Sequence record: MT446416.1
Direction: 5' to 3' (one strand)
DNA: 64,000 nucleotides
From: Escherichia virus TH47
A program made the position numbers and the translations under genes. The notes under the pieces were generated by a model that saw nothing but the letters and a program-made list of their open reading frames with translations, searched no databases and had not been told where the DNA came from. This document shows, piece by piece, positions 32,556 to 42,290 of the stretch (position 1 is its first letter; each line of letters begins with the position of its first letter).

Positions 32556-32628
32556 TTCATCTCCTTTGAATATGCATTATAATGAGGGCAACTAATGTAC
32601 CCTCATTCTTATACATTGTTATTTATGA

Positions 32629-34365
32629 TTAAAAAGAATCGCCTAAATTATTCGGGTTAAAACCTGCACTTCCTTGTTGTTCTTGGTATTCAGCATCGGC
32701 ACTTTCTAAGTTACCGTCACCATCAATACCCAAATCCATACCAGGATCGTTAGGAGCATCTATACCAACAGATTGCAACCCAGCAGCATCTTCTTCACCA
32801 CTTGACGGAGCGGAACCATCTTGTGGATTTTCTTGGAGCCACATTTGCTCATTCTTAACAATATCAGCTTTAGAGAAGCCCATTTTTTCAAGAATAGTTT
32901 GTTTTGCCATATATGGCAGATCGTTAAGTGGGAGATAGGTGTTAATTAGTTTAGCATCTAGTTCCGCTTTACGATAAGAAGCCAAGTTAATAGGTGGATT
33001 CATAATTACTTCAAAAGATGAAGTACTAATGTTATATCCATTTTTAACCATAAAACGTTTAAATTCTGCATCAAATAGTTTTGCAACCAAACGTTGATAA
33101 CGCATACATTGGTTATTAAAACGTAATTCACTTGCCATTGCTTGTGTTGCACCATCACCAAATAGTGATACACCACCATCATCTGGACCTTGCGGTAGAT
33201 ATGAAGCTGGGATTTGCAATCCACGAATCAATTTATTGTTGAAGTAACGCAAGTCATCAATCTGACCTAAGTTATCACCACCAGGAAGTGTTTGTACATC
33301 TGAACCACGACCTTCAGAAGTTTGTGGGAAGAAGTAATCTTCTAGAATACTTAATGGATTATATGCTGCATCCATTAGAGAAGTACTGCCACCTTTATTT
33401 GAAGGAATACGTCTTTGGTGAATTTCATTTTTGAATCGTTCTACGTATGCCATTGCTTGGTGAGTTTGCATATCACCAACGTCAATTTTAAATACACGAC
33501 GCTCTGGAGCACGTTGAACACGATAGATAATAATACTATCTTCAAGTAATTCTTTTTGTTTATAGACTTTGAAAACATCTTCAAGTATACTAGTACCGAA
33601 AGGCCAAACTCCATCTTGTCCTGTATTTAGGGTTAGATGAATTACGTGTTCTGCACCAACTGGAATAACATCAAGACGACCGTTAGTACTGAATGGGTCA
33701 GCAGAGTTTCCTTGGTTAGTAAAGCCAGATGCACCACCTGCTGCCACTGAACCACCGCCACCTAATGTGGTAGGGATTGCACCAGGGTATGCAGTTTTAT
33801 CAAATCCAACTTGTAAGTTACTAAACACTTTATCTTTAAGATTCAAAGATACGTCACGAATATAATAAATTACAGGGGTTTTTCCGGTTGCTTCGTTAAC
33901 GAATACTTGTTCAACGTTTTTTGGGCTTACCCAGTACCAGTCAAATGTTTCTGGGTCACGAATGAAGAATTGGTCACCGTATTTTAATAGGCCACGTACA
34001 ATTTCATACATTCGGGTTTTAAAATCATTTTGTTCAGTCCATGCATCCAAACGGTCTTCAATAGTAGAAACTTCGGTATCACCAATATCATCTTTGTATT
34101 TGATTTTATATGGAAGACCGAAATCTTCAGTACTTTGTGTACAGAAGTCAGCAATGATATTAAGTGCTGTTCTAATTTCAGGGTCTTGGTCCATCTGGTC
34201 ATACTGACTATAACGTTCAGTACGGTTAGCTAAACCATTGTATACTACTGGAAGATAGGAAGCGAAATTTGATTTCGTTCCTATTGATTTGTTGCTATTA
34301 CTGGACTGATTTGGGACGACCGATAATTTCGATCTCCCCATTGTCATATGTCGTTTCCAACTCAT
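32629..34365 (-). CDS. 20: portal vertex protein (gp20-like)
   Basis: 578 aa ORF upstream of the core/protease/scaffold/capsid genes in T4 order; size and position fit a portal. No single diagnostic motif. Confidence 0.7.
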   Translation of the reverse strand: MSWKRHMTMGRSKLSVVPNQSSNSNKSIGTKSNFASYLPVVYNGLANRTERYSQYDQMDQDPEIRTALNIIADFCTQSTEDFGLPYKIKYKDDIGDTEVSTIEDRLDAWTEQNDFKTRMYEIVRGLLKYGDQFFIRDPETFDWYWVSPKNVEQVFVNEATGKTPVIYYIRDVSLNLKDKVFSNLQVGFDKTAYPGAIPTTLGGGGSVAAGGASGFTNQGNSADPFSTNGRLDVIPVGAEHVIHLTLNTGQDGVWPFGTSILEDVFKVYKQKELLEDSIIIYRVQRAPERRVFKIDVGDMQTHQAMAYVERFKNEIHQRRIPSNKGGSTSLMDAAYNPLSILEDYFFPQTSEGRGSDVQTLPGGDNLGQIDDLRYFNNKLIRGLQIPASYLPQGPDDGGVSLFGDGATQAMASELRFNNQCMRYQRLVAKLFDAEFKRFMVKNGYNISTSSFEVIMNPPINLASYRKAELDAKLINTYLPLNDLPYMAKQTILEKMGFSKADIVKNEQMWLQENPQDGSAPSSGEEDAAGLQSVGIDAPNDPGMDLGIDGDGNLESADAEYQEQQGSAGFNPNNLGDSF

Positions 34366-34377
34366 TATTGTTCGTCC

Positions 34378-36579
34378 TTAACTGTTTCTCTCACCTTGGG
34401 TGTTTTCAGAGATAGTTCTTAGATAATTATTTGTCTGTTGTACAGCAGATAGTGATTGTTCATTAACATCGGCAAGCTTTTTGAGTATTTCTTTCATTTC
34501 ATCAGAAATCGGTGCTGGTGGACCAGTTCTCGATGTCACTGCACTACCATTATTTATCATCTTCTTAATTGCCTCTGTATCGTCAGGTTTTGGTGGAACT
34601 GGTGGTTCACCTGGTGCCCATGCAGTTTTATCAAAATCTTTACGAGATACAGTTATTTCTGGAGCAACGTTATTTGTTTTTTCAATAACAGGGCGAATGC
34701 GTTCTACACCTGGACGGTTGAATAAACTGTCAGCATAGTCAGATGGTAGTGGTGCTGGTTCTTTGTAGTTACGTGCGGTGTTCCATTTATTGAACTTATC
34801 CCACATTCCTGCAAAATAATCACTAACACTATTTACTCCATTGTCAATGATGCTGTTTACGCTTTCTGCTGGGGTTTCAGTACTGTTATTGAGTTTTATC
34901 TCATTATCAGAACCACCACCGAACCAACTTTTAACAGAATTCCATAGGTTACCAGGTAAATCCATTAAGTTATTCATAAAGGTATCAAATGCTTCTGACA
35001 CTTTAGTGTAACCTGAACCGAATATATCTGCACCCAATCCATCCAACCAAGCTGTAAATTCAGCACCAATACGATCAAGGTAAGCAATTGCATCTTTAGC
35101 AATAGGTACTAACCCAAATCCATCAAGAGCCAATTCCCCAATAAACTCCCATGCACCATCAGTTCTGTCTGCAATGTCAGAAAGATAATCCACAATTGAA
35201 TTTTGTGTATTAGCATACATTATATTAAATGGTTCAGTGAATTCTTTACTAATCCACATATTGAAGCGGTTGGTAAATTGAGTTAATTTATCAGCCGGAT
35301 TATTTTGTGCAGCATTGAATCTGGATTCTGCGGCTAGAAGTTCTTTAATTGCAGCAGCAGAAGCAGCCCCTTCAGAACCACGTTGTTGTTGATAATACAA
35401 CTCCATTTCCAATTCACTTTTATTCTTCTTGGTATATTCCATTATTTTGCGTTGTAAATCAACGGAACTGGTCCCAGATCTAACAAGTTCAGAAACGTAA
35501 TTACTAAGATCGAACAATTCAGGAGCTAATATATCATCAGGAAGTGCTCCAGTTGTGATTTTGGAGTTTACTATGCTTAGAAGTTTTGGTCCAAAGTCAC
35601 CCATTGCTGCGGAAGCTTCAACTATATTCTTTGCCGCAGTTGCTGCTGCATCAGAAGTTAGTCCACCTACATGTTCAAGTGATATTGCAATTGATTTTGC
35701 GTCAAGTGAATCATCAAGAGAACTAGTTTTATTCAACAGTGAATCTACCGACTCACCCATTGCTTTACTGAAAGTGGTTATTGTTTTTATAAATTGTTCA
35801 GTACTGCGTTCTTGGTTAGAACGCTGTAGTAATTCTTTACCACCCAATATTTTTTGAACTTTAATATTCCTAGCAGTGAGATCAATTAGTGTTTTTTGAG
35901 ATATGCCATATAAACCAAGTTCTTTCTGTGCAAGTTGGACATTACCAACTAAGTTTGCGAATGCCATTGTTCCATCGCCATACAACGCACCCAACTGGTT
36001 TACTGCTTGGGCATGAACTGACACTGCCTCAGAAAACTGATCAACACTCATCATCGCTGCACCAGCACCTTTCAGTACTGAACCATAACCTTCAGCCAAT
36101 GCAACACCAGCACTGTTAATTCTGGTGTATACTTCCAATTGTGCATTAAGGGCATTGTATACAGCAAGACCAGCACCAGTAACGAGTTTAAATGCTGCTG
36201 CCGCTGCACCAATTGGACCTGGCATCATTGCTAATGAACCAGCAAATGAGGATGCACTAACGCCTAATGAGTTTACTACAGTACTTACGTTGTTACTGGA
36301 GTTCATCATTGTTTTGCTTACATTAGAAACTTCAGAAGATAGTGATTTGAACAATTTACCAAATGCTTTCCCGTCATCGGCTTGTGCACTTCCACGAGTT
36401 CCACGATTACTGGAAGAACTGGAACTGGAACCATTCTTTTTACTATTTGAACCTGATTTTTTCTTATCATTCTTTATATTTTCAGCTAATAACTCACGGA
36501 TAGCAGTCAAACTATCATTGTTATCTTTAGTTTGATTAACCAACTGCTGTAGTAGGTAATCACTTGTATTGACAGCCAT
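34378..36579 (-). CDS. large Ala/Gly/Ser-rich predicted helical virion protein (about 733 aa); tape-measure-like or internal protein, uncertain
   Basis: Start moved to MAVNTSDY. Poly-Ser stretch, long Ala-rich helical core (GAAAAAFKLVTGAGLAVYNALNAQ...), Pro-rich C-terminal part. Confidence 0.55.
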   Translation of the reverse strand: MAVNTSDYLLQQLVNQTKDNNDSLTAIRELLAENIKNDKKKSGSNSKKNGSSSSSSSNRGTRGSAQADDGKAFGKLFKSLSSEVSNVSKTMMNSSNNVSTVVNSLGVSASSFAGSLAMMPGPIGAAAAAFKLVTGAGLAVYNALNAQLEVYTRINSAGVALAEGYGSVLKGAGAAMMSVDQFSEAVSVHAQAVNQLGALYGDGTMAFANLVGNVQLAQKELGLYGISQKTLIDLTARNIKVQKILGGKELLQRSNQERSTEQFIKTITTFSKAMGESVDSLLNKTSSLDDSLDAKSIAISLEHVGGLTSDAAATAAKNIVEASAAMGDFGPKLLSIVNSKITTGALPDDILAPELFDLSNYVSELVRSGTSSVDLQRKIMEYTKKNKSELEMELYYQQQRGSEGAASAAAIKELLAAESRFNAAQNNPADKLTQFTNRFNMWISKEFTEPFNIMYANTQNSIVDYLSDIADRTDGAWEFIGELALDGFGLVPIAKDAIAYLDRIGAEFTAWLDGLGADIFGSGYTKVSEAFDTFMNNLMDLPGNLWNSVKSWFGGGSDNEIKLNNSTETPAESVNSIIDNGVNSVSDYFAGMWDKFNKWNTARNYKEPAPLPSDYADSLFNRPGVERIRPVIEKTNNVAPEITVSRKDFDKTAWAPGEPPVPPKPDDTEAIKKMINNGSAVTSRTGPPAPISDEMKEILKKLADVNEQSLSAVQQTNNYLRTISENTQGERNS

Positions 36580-36715
36580 AACATTCCCTTTTAATAGATG
36601 TATTATAGAAATATTTATGAATCTATAACGAATAAAAAAGACCCATCTATAACATTTGTCCCATTTTTTGGTAATAAATACTACAGAGACATTTATTACA
36701 TGGAGATTTAATAAA

Positions 36716-37552
36716 ATGGCAATGAACCCACTAGCTAAGTATACTAAAATTGAAGAACTTGGTACAAAATTGGTCACAAATGGCGTGATTCCTTATAAAG
36801 AAGGAGTTCTTGGCTCTAAAGGTATCAAATGTGGCATTTGTGCTCGTAGTGCACGTGATGAAATGACACTCAATACACCAGATATGCTTCTAAATGGTGA
36901 TGCAATTGCTCGTGTTATTGAAAACTGCGTACCTAACGTACTTGATGCAGATGAACTTTATGTAAATGACGTAGAGCTACTACTTATCGCTATTAAAGTA
37001 GCTTCTAAAGAAGAATCATATGATATTAATGTGACATGCCCTGAATGTAACAAAGAAGGCCGTTTTGAGCGTAGCTTATCATATCTACTAGAAACAGCAC
37101 AAACTTTCAGTGAAGTTCCTACTGTGCAATTGGATAATGGACTAAGTTTAGAGTTTAGACCACTTACTTGGAAGGAATATTCTAACTTCGCAGAAAGAAT
37201 GTTTACAGAACAACAAAAAACTAAATTCCTTGAAACTGCCGAAATGGAGCAGGAAGAAAAAGTTAAAGTGTTTGGTGAAGTATTTGAAAGTATGGCACAA
37301 CTCAACTTTGATATGATCGCAGGAGTTATTGCTAAGGTAATTACACCTGAAGGTGATGAAGTAACTGAAAACGAATTCATTTCTGAATGGCTAGGTCAGC
37401 AGTCCAAAGGAACACTTAAAATAATTCGTGAAAAAATGGATGAAGTACTTGAAATTGGTGTTTCCCATACTATGGAAGTTGAATGCAGTGACTGTAATCA
37501 TCAATGGGAAATTAATGGACTGAAATATGACCCAAGTCATTTTTTCGCATAA
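36716..37552 (+). CDS. hypothetical Cys-rich protein (about 278 aa; CGIC, CPEC, CSDC pairs)
   Basis: Start moved to MAMNPL (GGAG SD). Three CxxC pairs suggest zinc binding. Diverges from the 733 aa gene. Confidence 0.55.
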   Translation: MAMNPLAKYTKIEELGTKLVTNGVIPYKEGVLGSKGIKCGICARSARDEMTLNTPDMLLNGDAIARVIENCVPNVLDADELYVNDVELLLIAIKVASKEESYDINVTCPECNKEGRFERSLSYLLETAQTFSEVPTVQLDNGLSLEFRPLTWKEYSNFAERMFTEQQKTKFLETAEMEQEEKVKVFGEVFESMAQLNFDMIAGVIAKVITPEGDEVTENEFISEWLGQQSKGTLKIIREKMDEVLEIGVSHTMEVECSDCNHQWEINGLKYDPSHFFA

Positions 37553-37761
37553 TGCTTCTCCACTCATCTCCTGAAGAAATACAAGAAGTACTTAAGGAAT
37601 TTGAGTTGAATAAGTCAGATATTAAAACTGCATTAATGGAGTGTTCTGTTTATATGGAAAGTGTTGATTACGGAACACTACTTAATATGCCACTAATTGA
37701 TAGAGACTTATTAGTTAAGTCTTTTAATAAGAAAATTAAAAAACAAAACGAGAAGCACTAA
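37552..37761 (+). CDS. hypothetical small protein (69 aa)
   Basis: TAATG stop/start overlap with the upstream gene; followed by a strong terminator. Confidence 0.4.
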   Translation: MLLHSSPEEIQEVLKEFELNKSDIKTALMECSVYMESVDYGTLLNMPLIDRDLLVKSFNKKIKKQNEKH

Positions 37762-38600
37762 CTCACAAGGAGCCAGCACATTGTTGCTGGTTTTTTTTTT
37801 GGTTTTAAACTACAGAATTGATTGAATTGAATTTTGAAAGGAATTAATTATTTTATAGTGAACTCATCTAACTCATTTCATTCGTTAGCTGAAGAATATT
37901 CGTTACTACGTAACTCATATTCATTTCTTATAATTAATTATAAAGAACTTTAAAAGATTTAATACTTGACGGGATTTGTTGAAGACATTTTCATCCCCCC
38001 GCAGGGGAATGAAGACAATAAAAAAGAGACAATTAAGTCTCTTAATTCTTGACGCTGATGGTTTCAGCATTTATTGTATTGCGAATTTCTTAAAATTCAT
38101 TAAGAACGAAAGCGGGTTGCTCTGTTTCTCTCTATCGCAGTCATGTGCAACGGTCGTCAGTCTTAATCATCCTGACACTCACCTGAAAGTCTATACAATC
38201 AAACTTCAGGCTGTTTATTAAATCACTTAATAAACTCCCTTAGCAAATCTGGTAAGGTGCGATCCTTATACATCTATCGAGGAACTCTCTGTATGCTTAT
38301 CGGAGTTCTTTATTGAGCCGTGTCGCCGTGAGGGGTTCAAACTATGCCCACATCTAACGGGTTTCTTCTGCTCATCGCACTGTTGAACTGCTCATCTGCC
38401 ATCTACATTTTCGATAGGATCAGGTTCTAATTTATATGCATTTCTGCATTCAACAGGATTGTCATCACTACAATTAACATTATAGCACCAAATTCAAAAG
38501 TGTCTCACTATTATGGTAAAAAATTTATAAAAAGTACATAATTCTTGTTATCTGAAGTAACGCATAAATATTTTGATAAGAATTAGTTTAGTGGGGATTT
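37762..38600. other. about 840 bp noncoding, iteron-like region with hairpins (candidate origin, regulatory region or ncRNA locus)
   Basis: No plausible ORF (only a 81-codon TTG-initiated ORF without SD). Contains AACTCAT x3, ATTCGTTA x2, TTGAATTGAATT, CTGCTCATC x2, two TTGACG boxes and strong hairpins near 37989-38012 and 38283-38307. Confidence 0.5.
37770..37802 (+). terminator. rho-independent terminator
   Basis: CCAGCAcattgtTGCTGG followed by T11, just after the stop at 37761. Confidence 0.7.
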
Positions 38601-39095
38601 ATGAAGAAAAGATTAAAAGATAGTAAAGAAGCTGCAAACTATCGAAATGAATTACTAAAGAAGCAAAAAGGAATTGATCCTATAATTAAGGAACCAATAA
38701 CTAAGCCAGTACTTGATCACTATCACTTCGAGAATCAACACTGTCGCGGGGTACTCCAGAATGAGATAAACGCCTTTGAGGGTAAGGTTTCCAACGCATG
38801 GAACCGATATGGAAAGCATTTAACTGATATGCCATTACATGAAGTACTAAGAAATCTGGCAGATTATCTTGAAAAGAACAATAACATTCCACCTGAAGAG
38901 CAAGTCATACATCACACTGCACTAACTGTGGATGTTAATAAGTTTAAAAGGCTTCCAGCAACACAGCAAAACGCGATTCTGGAAGGGTTAGGAGTTGTCC
39001 CTGGTAGTAACGTCAAGGAGAGAACTAAGCAAGCCAGAAGGCTCATTAAGGACGGTAAATTAAATATGGTAGATGTAAAAAGAGATACAAAATGA
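38601..39095 (+). CDS. 49: endonuclease VII-like protein (gp49 family), lacking the canonical zinc-ligand Cys pairs
   Basis: LDHYHFENQHCRGVLQNEINAFEGKVSNAWNRYG...LHEVLRNLADYLEK aligns with T4 endo VII HLDHDHELNG...VRGLLCNLCNAAEGQMKHKFNRSG...YLEWLENLLTYLK; 164 aa versus 157 aa. Confidence 0.65.
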   Translation: MKKRLKDSKEAANYRNELLKKQKGIDPIIKEPITKPVLDHYHFENQHCRGVLQNEINAFEGKVSNAWNRYGKHLTDMPLHEVLRNLADYLEKNNNIPPEEQVIHHTALTVDVNKFKRLPATQQNAILEGLGVVPGSNVKERTKQARRLIKDGKLNMVDVKRDTK

Positions 39096-40114
39096 AAATA
39101 TCATTACCAAACGAAATAAACTTAAAACACATAAATTACAATACAAAAATGCCACAAGAATATTTTGATGATTTAAGTAAGAGATTATCAAAATATGACA
39201 TTATTTTTAATGGATTTATAATTGAAGATGAATGGAAAGGTAATAACACGTTAACTTCTATAGAATGTGAAGGAAACCTCTACAACAACTATCGAATTAA
39301 TAAATTATACAGATATATTAAACGTATGGATACAAAAGGATATCAGAAACCTAAAGGTTTTAACTTAACCCCTGAACTATTGGTACAAAACGTCAACGAT
39401 GAATGTATAAAACGTGGTGGTAAGATTGAATTTATTGGTTATAAACAATTTAATGGTGCAAAAACATATTTGGAATTGAAATGTAATGATTTGGAATCAC
39501 ATGATGAACCATATGAGTGGTGTTCAACGATTTATGATAGTTTTGTCGGAAACAATAGACATTTGAATGGTTGTCATAAATGTTCAGGTAGATATCATTA
39601 CACTATAGAAGAACTTAACAATAATATAAATTATTTTTGTGAAACACGTGGATTCGTAAACCCAGTATTGATAACTAATGAAACTATGAATGGTGTTAAT
39701 AGTATTGTTTCATTCACCTGTCATTGTGGTGAGAAAGCAACGATGACATATGATAGTTTATCACGTGCTCGTTTTTGTATATTATGCAGCGAAGGTAGTT
39801 ATAAACAATATATTCCTGGTTCATTGTATGTATTAGAAGTATATAAAAATGATAAACATGTGGCATATAAATTTGGTATATCAAACTATGTCCCAAAACG
39901 CCTCATGGAATATGGAAAATCTCCATGTAATGTTAAGATTATTCATCAATATGATTTTGAAGATGGTTCTATTCCATATAAAATTGAAAATAAAATAAAA
40001 AACTCATTACCAATCAGATATCTTACCAAAAATGAGTTCGGTGTAGGATATACAGAAACGATAGATACAACTTTATACGAAGATTTAATTAATATTATAA
40101 AAAAGGGAGCATAA
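39092..40114 (+). CDS. putative homing endonuclease-like protein (Cys-rich N-terminal region plus C-terminal T5orf172-like domain)
   Basis: 340 aa; C-terminus YKFGISNYVPKRLMEY...GYTETI parallels 27181..28179 and the T5orf172 pattern; multiple CxxC pairs; stop lies in the loop of a bidirectional terminator. Confidence 0.5.
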   Translation: MKISLPNEINLKHINYNTKMPQEYFDDLSKRLSKYDIIFNGFIIEDEWKGNNTLTSIECEGNLYNNYRINKLYRYIKRMDTKGYQKPKGFNLTPELLVQNVNDECIKRGGKIEFIGYKQFNGAKTYLELKCNDLESHDEPYEWCSTIYDSFVGNNRHLNGCHKCSGRYHYTIEELNNNINYFCETRGFVNPVLITNETMNGVNSIVSFTCHCGEKATMTYDSLSRARFCILCSEGSYKQYIPGSLYVLEVYKNDKHVAYKFGISNYVPKRLMEYGKSPCNVKIIHQYDFEDGSIPYKIENKIKNSLPIRYLTKNEFGVGYTETIDTTLYEDLINIIKKGA

Positions 40115-40126
40115 GCTCCCTTTTCT
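40100..40126. terminator. bidirectional terminator between convergent genes
   Basis: aaaaaGGGAGCataaGCTCCCtttt; the stop codon of 39092..40114 lies in the loop; gp46-like gene ends at 40131 on the other strand. Confidence 0.6.
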
Positions 40127-40130
40127 GTTA

Positions 40131-42278
40131 TTAATAGATATCATCAATTGTACAGTAACTTATAGTACTAAAACCATCTTCTTTAGTTACTTTAAGTATA
40201 TGTTCAGTCTTAGAAACTAGTTCTTCTCTATGAGAGATGATATATACATTTTTATTTCTGATAGCAGCCATGTCATTGAAGATTGACCACACTTTAACAA
40301 CACCACTTGAATCAAGACCAACATCACAAGCTTCATCTAGTGCTATTAGATTGATACTTTGGTATAATGACTCATATGTATCACGGAAAGCACATGATAA
40401 AGCAATGTTTACCCTTGTACGCTCACCACGACTAAGCTGTTTATAGTCAAAGTACTGACCACTTTTCTCAATTTCTACACTCAAATCATTCAAGAACACA
40501 ACATTATGTTCAGAACCACACATATCAATGTAATATTGAAGACGTGTATTCAGATACGAAATGTTTTGTTCAATAATACGCTTACGGACATAAGAATCCT
40601 TGTTTAACAACAATTTAACCAAGAAATCTTGGTGATTTGCCATCTTATCAAGGTTATTATAGTCACTATAGTCGATTGGTACTAATGAATCGGTAGTAAG
40701 TGTATTAATTTGTCCAATAAATGTGTTAGTAGTTTTCAATTCACGATCTAATTGCTGTGATAATGAAGTTACTGTCATTTCTAACTCTTTTACTTCAGAT
40801 TTATTCAATGTATCTGGTACTTCTTGAAGAACATGTGCGTTCAGTTCTTCATATGATGACATAAGTTCATTAGCATAGATGTTAATTTGCTCTTCTTCAC
40901 TCTTTTTAATAAGTTCTTGAAGCTTATGCTCATGCATTTGTGCTTCAGTTAGTGTAGAATAGAATGTCACAGGCTTAGGTGGCATATCAAAAATCTCAAT
41001 ACTATCAATTTCCTGAAGTATTGTTTCAATTTCAGAAGTGGAACTATCAATTTTCGATTGAAGTTCATTAATAGTATTTTGAATTTTATCTTTAATAGAC
41101 GAAGTATGTTCATTATGTTCTAATTCGGACATACAAAGTGGACATTTACTACTCTCCACTGTTGCTAATTTGTCCACCTCAGCACGTAACGAACTCTCAT
41201 GACCATTTAAAGCCACCTTTAATGCGTTAAGTTTTTGTTCTTTGAAACGTTTTTGGTTATTATTCTCTTTTAGAATACCCTCCAATTGTTTCCATATCTC
41301 CAACTCATTGTGATTTTCTAATTCAGTACTGATATCAATAGTTTTTAGCTTATCAATACTTACATTTAATGCTAATTTTGCTGTTGCTAGTTCACGGTCA
41401 TATGCATCATACTTCAAAGCTAACTCTTGCACACGTCTTTCTATTTGATCACGAGCAGCATTATGAATAAGAGCTTTCTCTTTCACTTCTGCCAAATCAT
41501 AGAGATCGTTGAAGTCTAAAGTTTTGTAGATATTCAATTCTTCAGTCAACTTAGATACTCTATTATTTTTATCAATCTCAAATTGGTTAGCTTGTTCTTG
41601 TAATGATTCAATACTTTTTTGAATACGTTCATTACTTGCAGCCACAGTTTCAATTTTGAACTTTTCTTGTTCAGCTAAACGTTTAGAATCTTTATACATA
41701 TCCTTTAATAGTTCAGCTTTCTCTGTTAATTGTGTGATGCCCAGAAGTTCCTCAATCATATCACGTTGTTTCTGTGATGATAATGCAAGAAACGGCTCTA
41801 CGTTAGCATTAAGTACTACAATATGTTCAAATAGTAGTTGAGAAATCCCAAGAATCTCGTTTAGATCTTCTTGTGTATCTTTCTTCTCCCCTCTTGACTC
41901 ATCTTCGACCTTATTATCTTTACCTAATGTAATAAAGTTGAAATACGTGGGACTTCTCCCACGCTCGACGAGATATTGTACACCATCTTTCTCGAACTCA
42001 ACAGATACTTCACAGTTTTTAGCATTAGTTTTATTAACTAAGTTTGGAATTTTGATATCGTTACCAATACTTTTTCCAAACAAACCAAAAACTAAACCTT
42101 GAATGATGGCACTTTTACCAACACCATTACGGCGACCGGAACTATCACCACCTTCAATAACTGCATCATTGTTTTGACCAAGAACTAACGATATATCAGC
42201 ACCAGACAAATCAATTACTTGTGGTGCATTGCCAAATGAAAAGAAGTTCCTCATTGATATACGTGTAATGTTTAGCAC
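40131..42278 (-). CDS. 46: SbcC/Rad50-like recombination ATPase (gp46-like)
   Basis: N-terminal Walker A GRRNGVGKSAI, long central coiled coil with CPLC zinc hook, C-terminal signature/Walker B region (LDEACDVGLD). Confidence 0.85.
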   Translation of the reverse strand: MLNITRISMRNFFSFGNAPQVIDLSGADISLVLGQNNDAVIEGGDSSGRRNGVGKSAIIQGLVFGLFGKSIGNDIKIPNLVNKTNAKNCEVSVEFEKDGVQYLVERGRSPTYFNFITLGKDNKVEDESRGEKKDTQEDLNEILGISQLLFEHIVVLNANVEPFLALSSQKQRDMIEELLGITQLTEKAELLKDMYKDSKRLAEQEKFKIETVAASNERIQKSIESLQEQANQFEIDKNNRVSKLTEELNIYKTLDFNDLYDLAEVKEKALIHNAARDQIERRVQELALKYDAYDRELATAKLALNVSIDKLKTIDISTELENHNELEIWKQLEGILKENNNQKRFKEQKLNALKVALNGHESSLRAEVDKLATVESSKCPLCMSELEHNEHTSSIKDKIQNTINELQSKIDSSTSEIETILQEIDSIEIFDMPPKPVTFYSTLTEAQMHEHKLQELIKKSEEEQINIYANELMSSYEELNAHVLQEVPDTLNKSEVKELEMTVTSLSQQLDRELKTTNTFIGQINTLTTDSLVPIDYSDYNNLDKMANHQDFLVKLLLNKDSYVRKRIIEQNISYLNTRLQYYIDMCGSEHNVVFLNDLSVEIEKSGQYFDYKQLSRGERTRVNIALSCAFRDTYESLYQSINLIALDEACDVGLDSSGVVKVWSIFNDMAAIRNKNVYIISHREELVSKTEHILKVTKEDGFSTISYCTIDDIY

Positions 42279-42290
42279 AATAAATTTCCC

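Noticed and set aside
37976-38221. 81-codon ORF inside the noncoding region
   Set aside because: Starts at a TTG with no SD, spans a GC-rich hairpin and iteron-like repeats, and has no protein-like composition.
37762-38600. tRNA genes in the noncoding region
   Set aside because: I could not fold a canonical cloverleaf by eye (no clear 7 bp acceptor stem with a T-arm GTTCRANYC at the right spacing); left as a candidate ncRNA locus for proper scanning.
38601-39095. Calling this gene an HNH homing endonuclease
   Set aside because: The similarity extends beyond the HNH core into the helix region that aligns with T4 endonuclease VII, so a gp49-type resolvase is more parsimonious.
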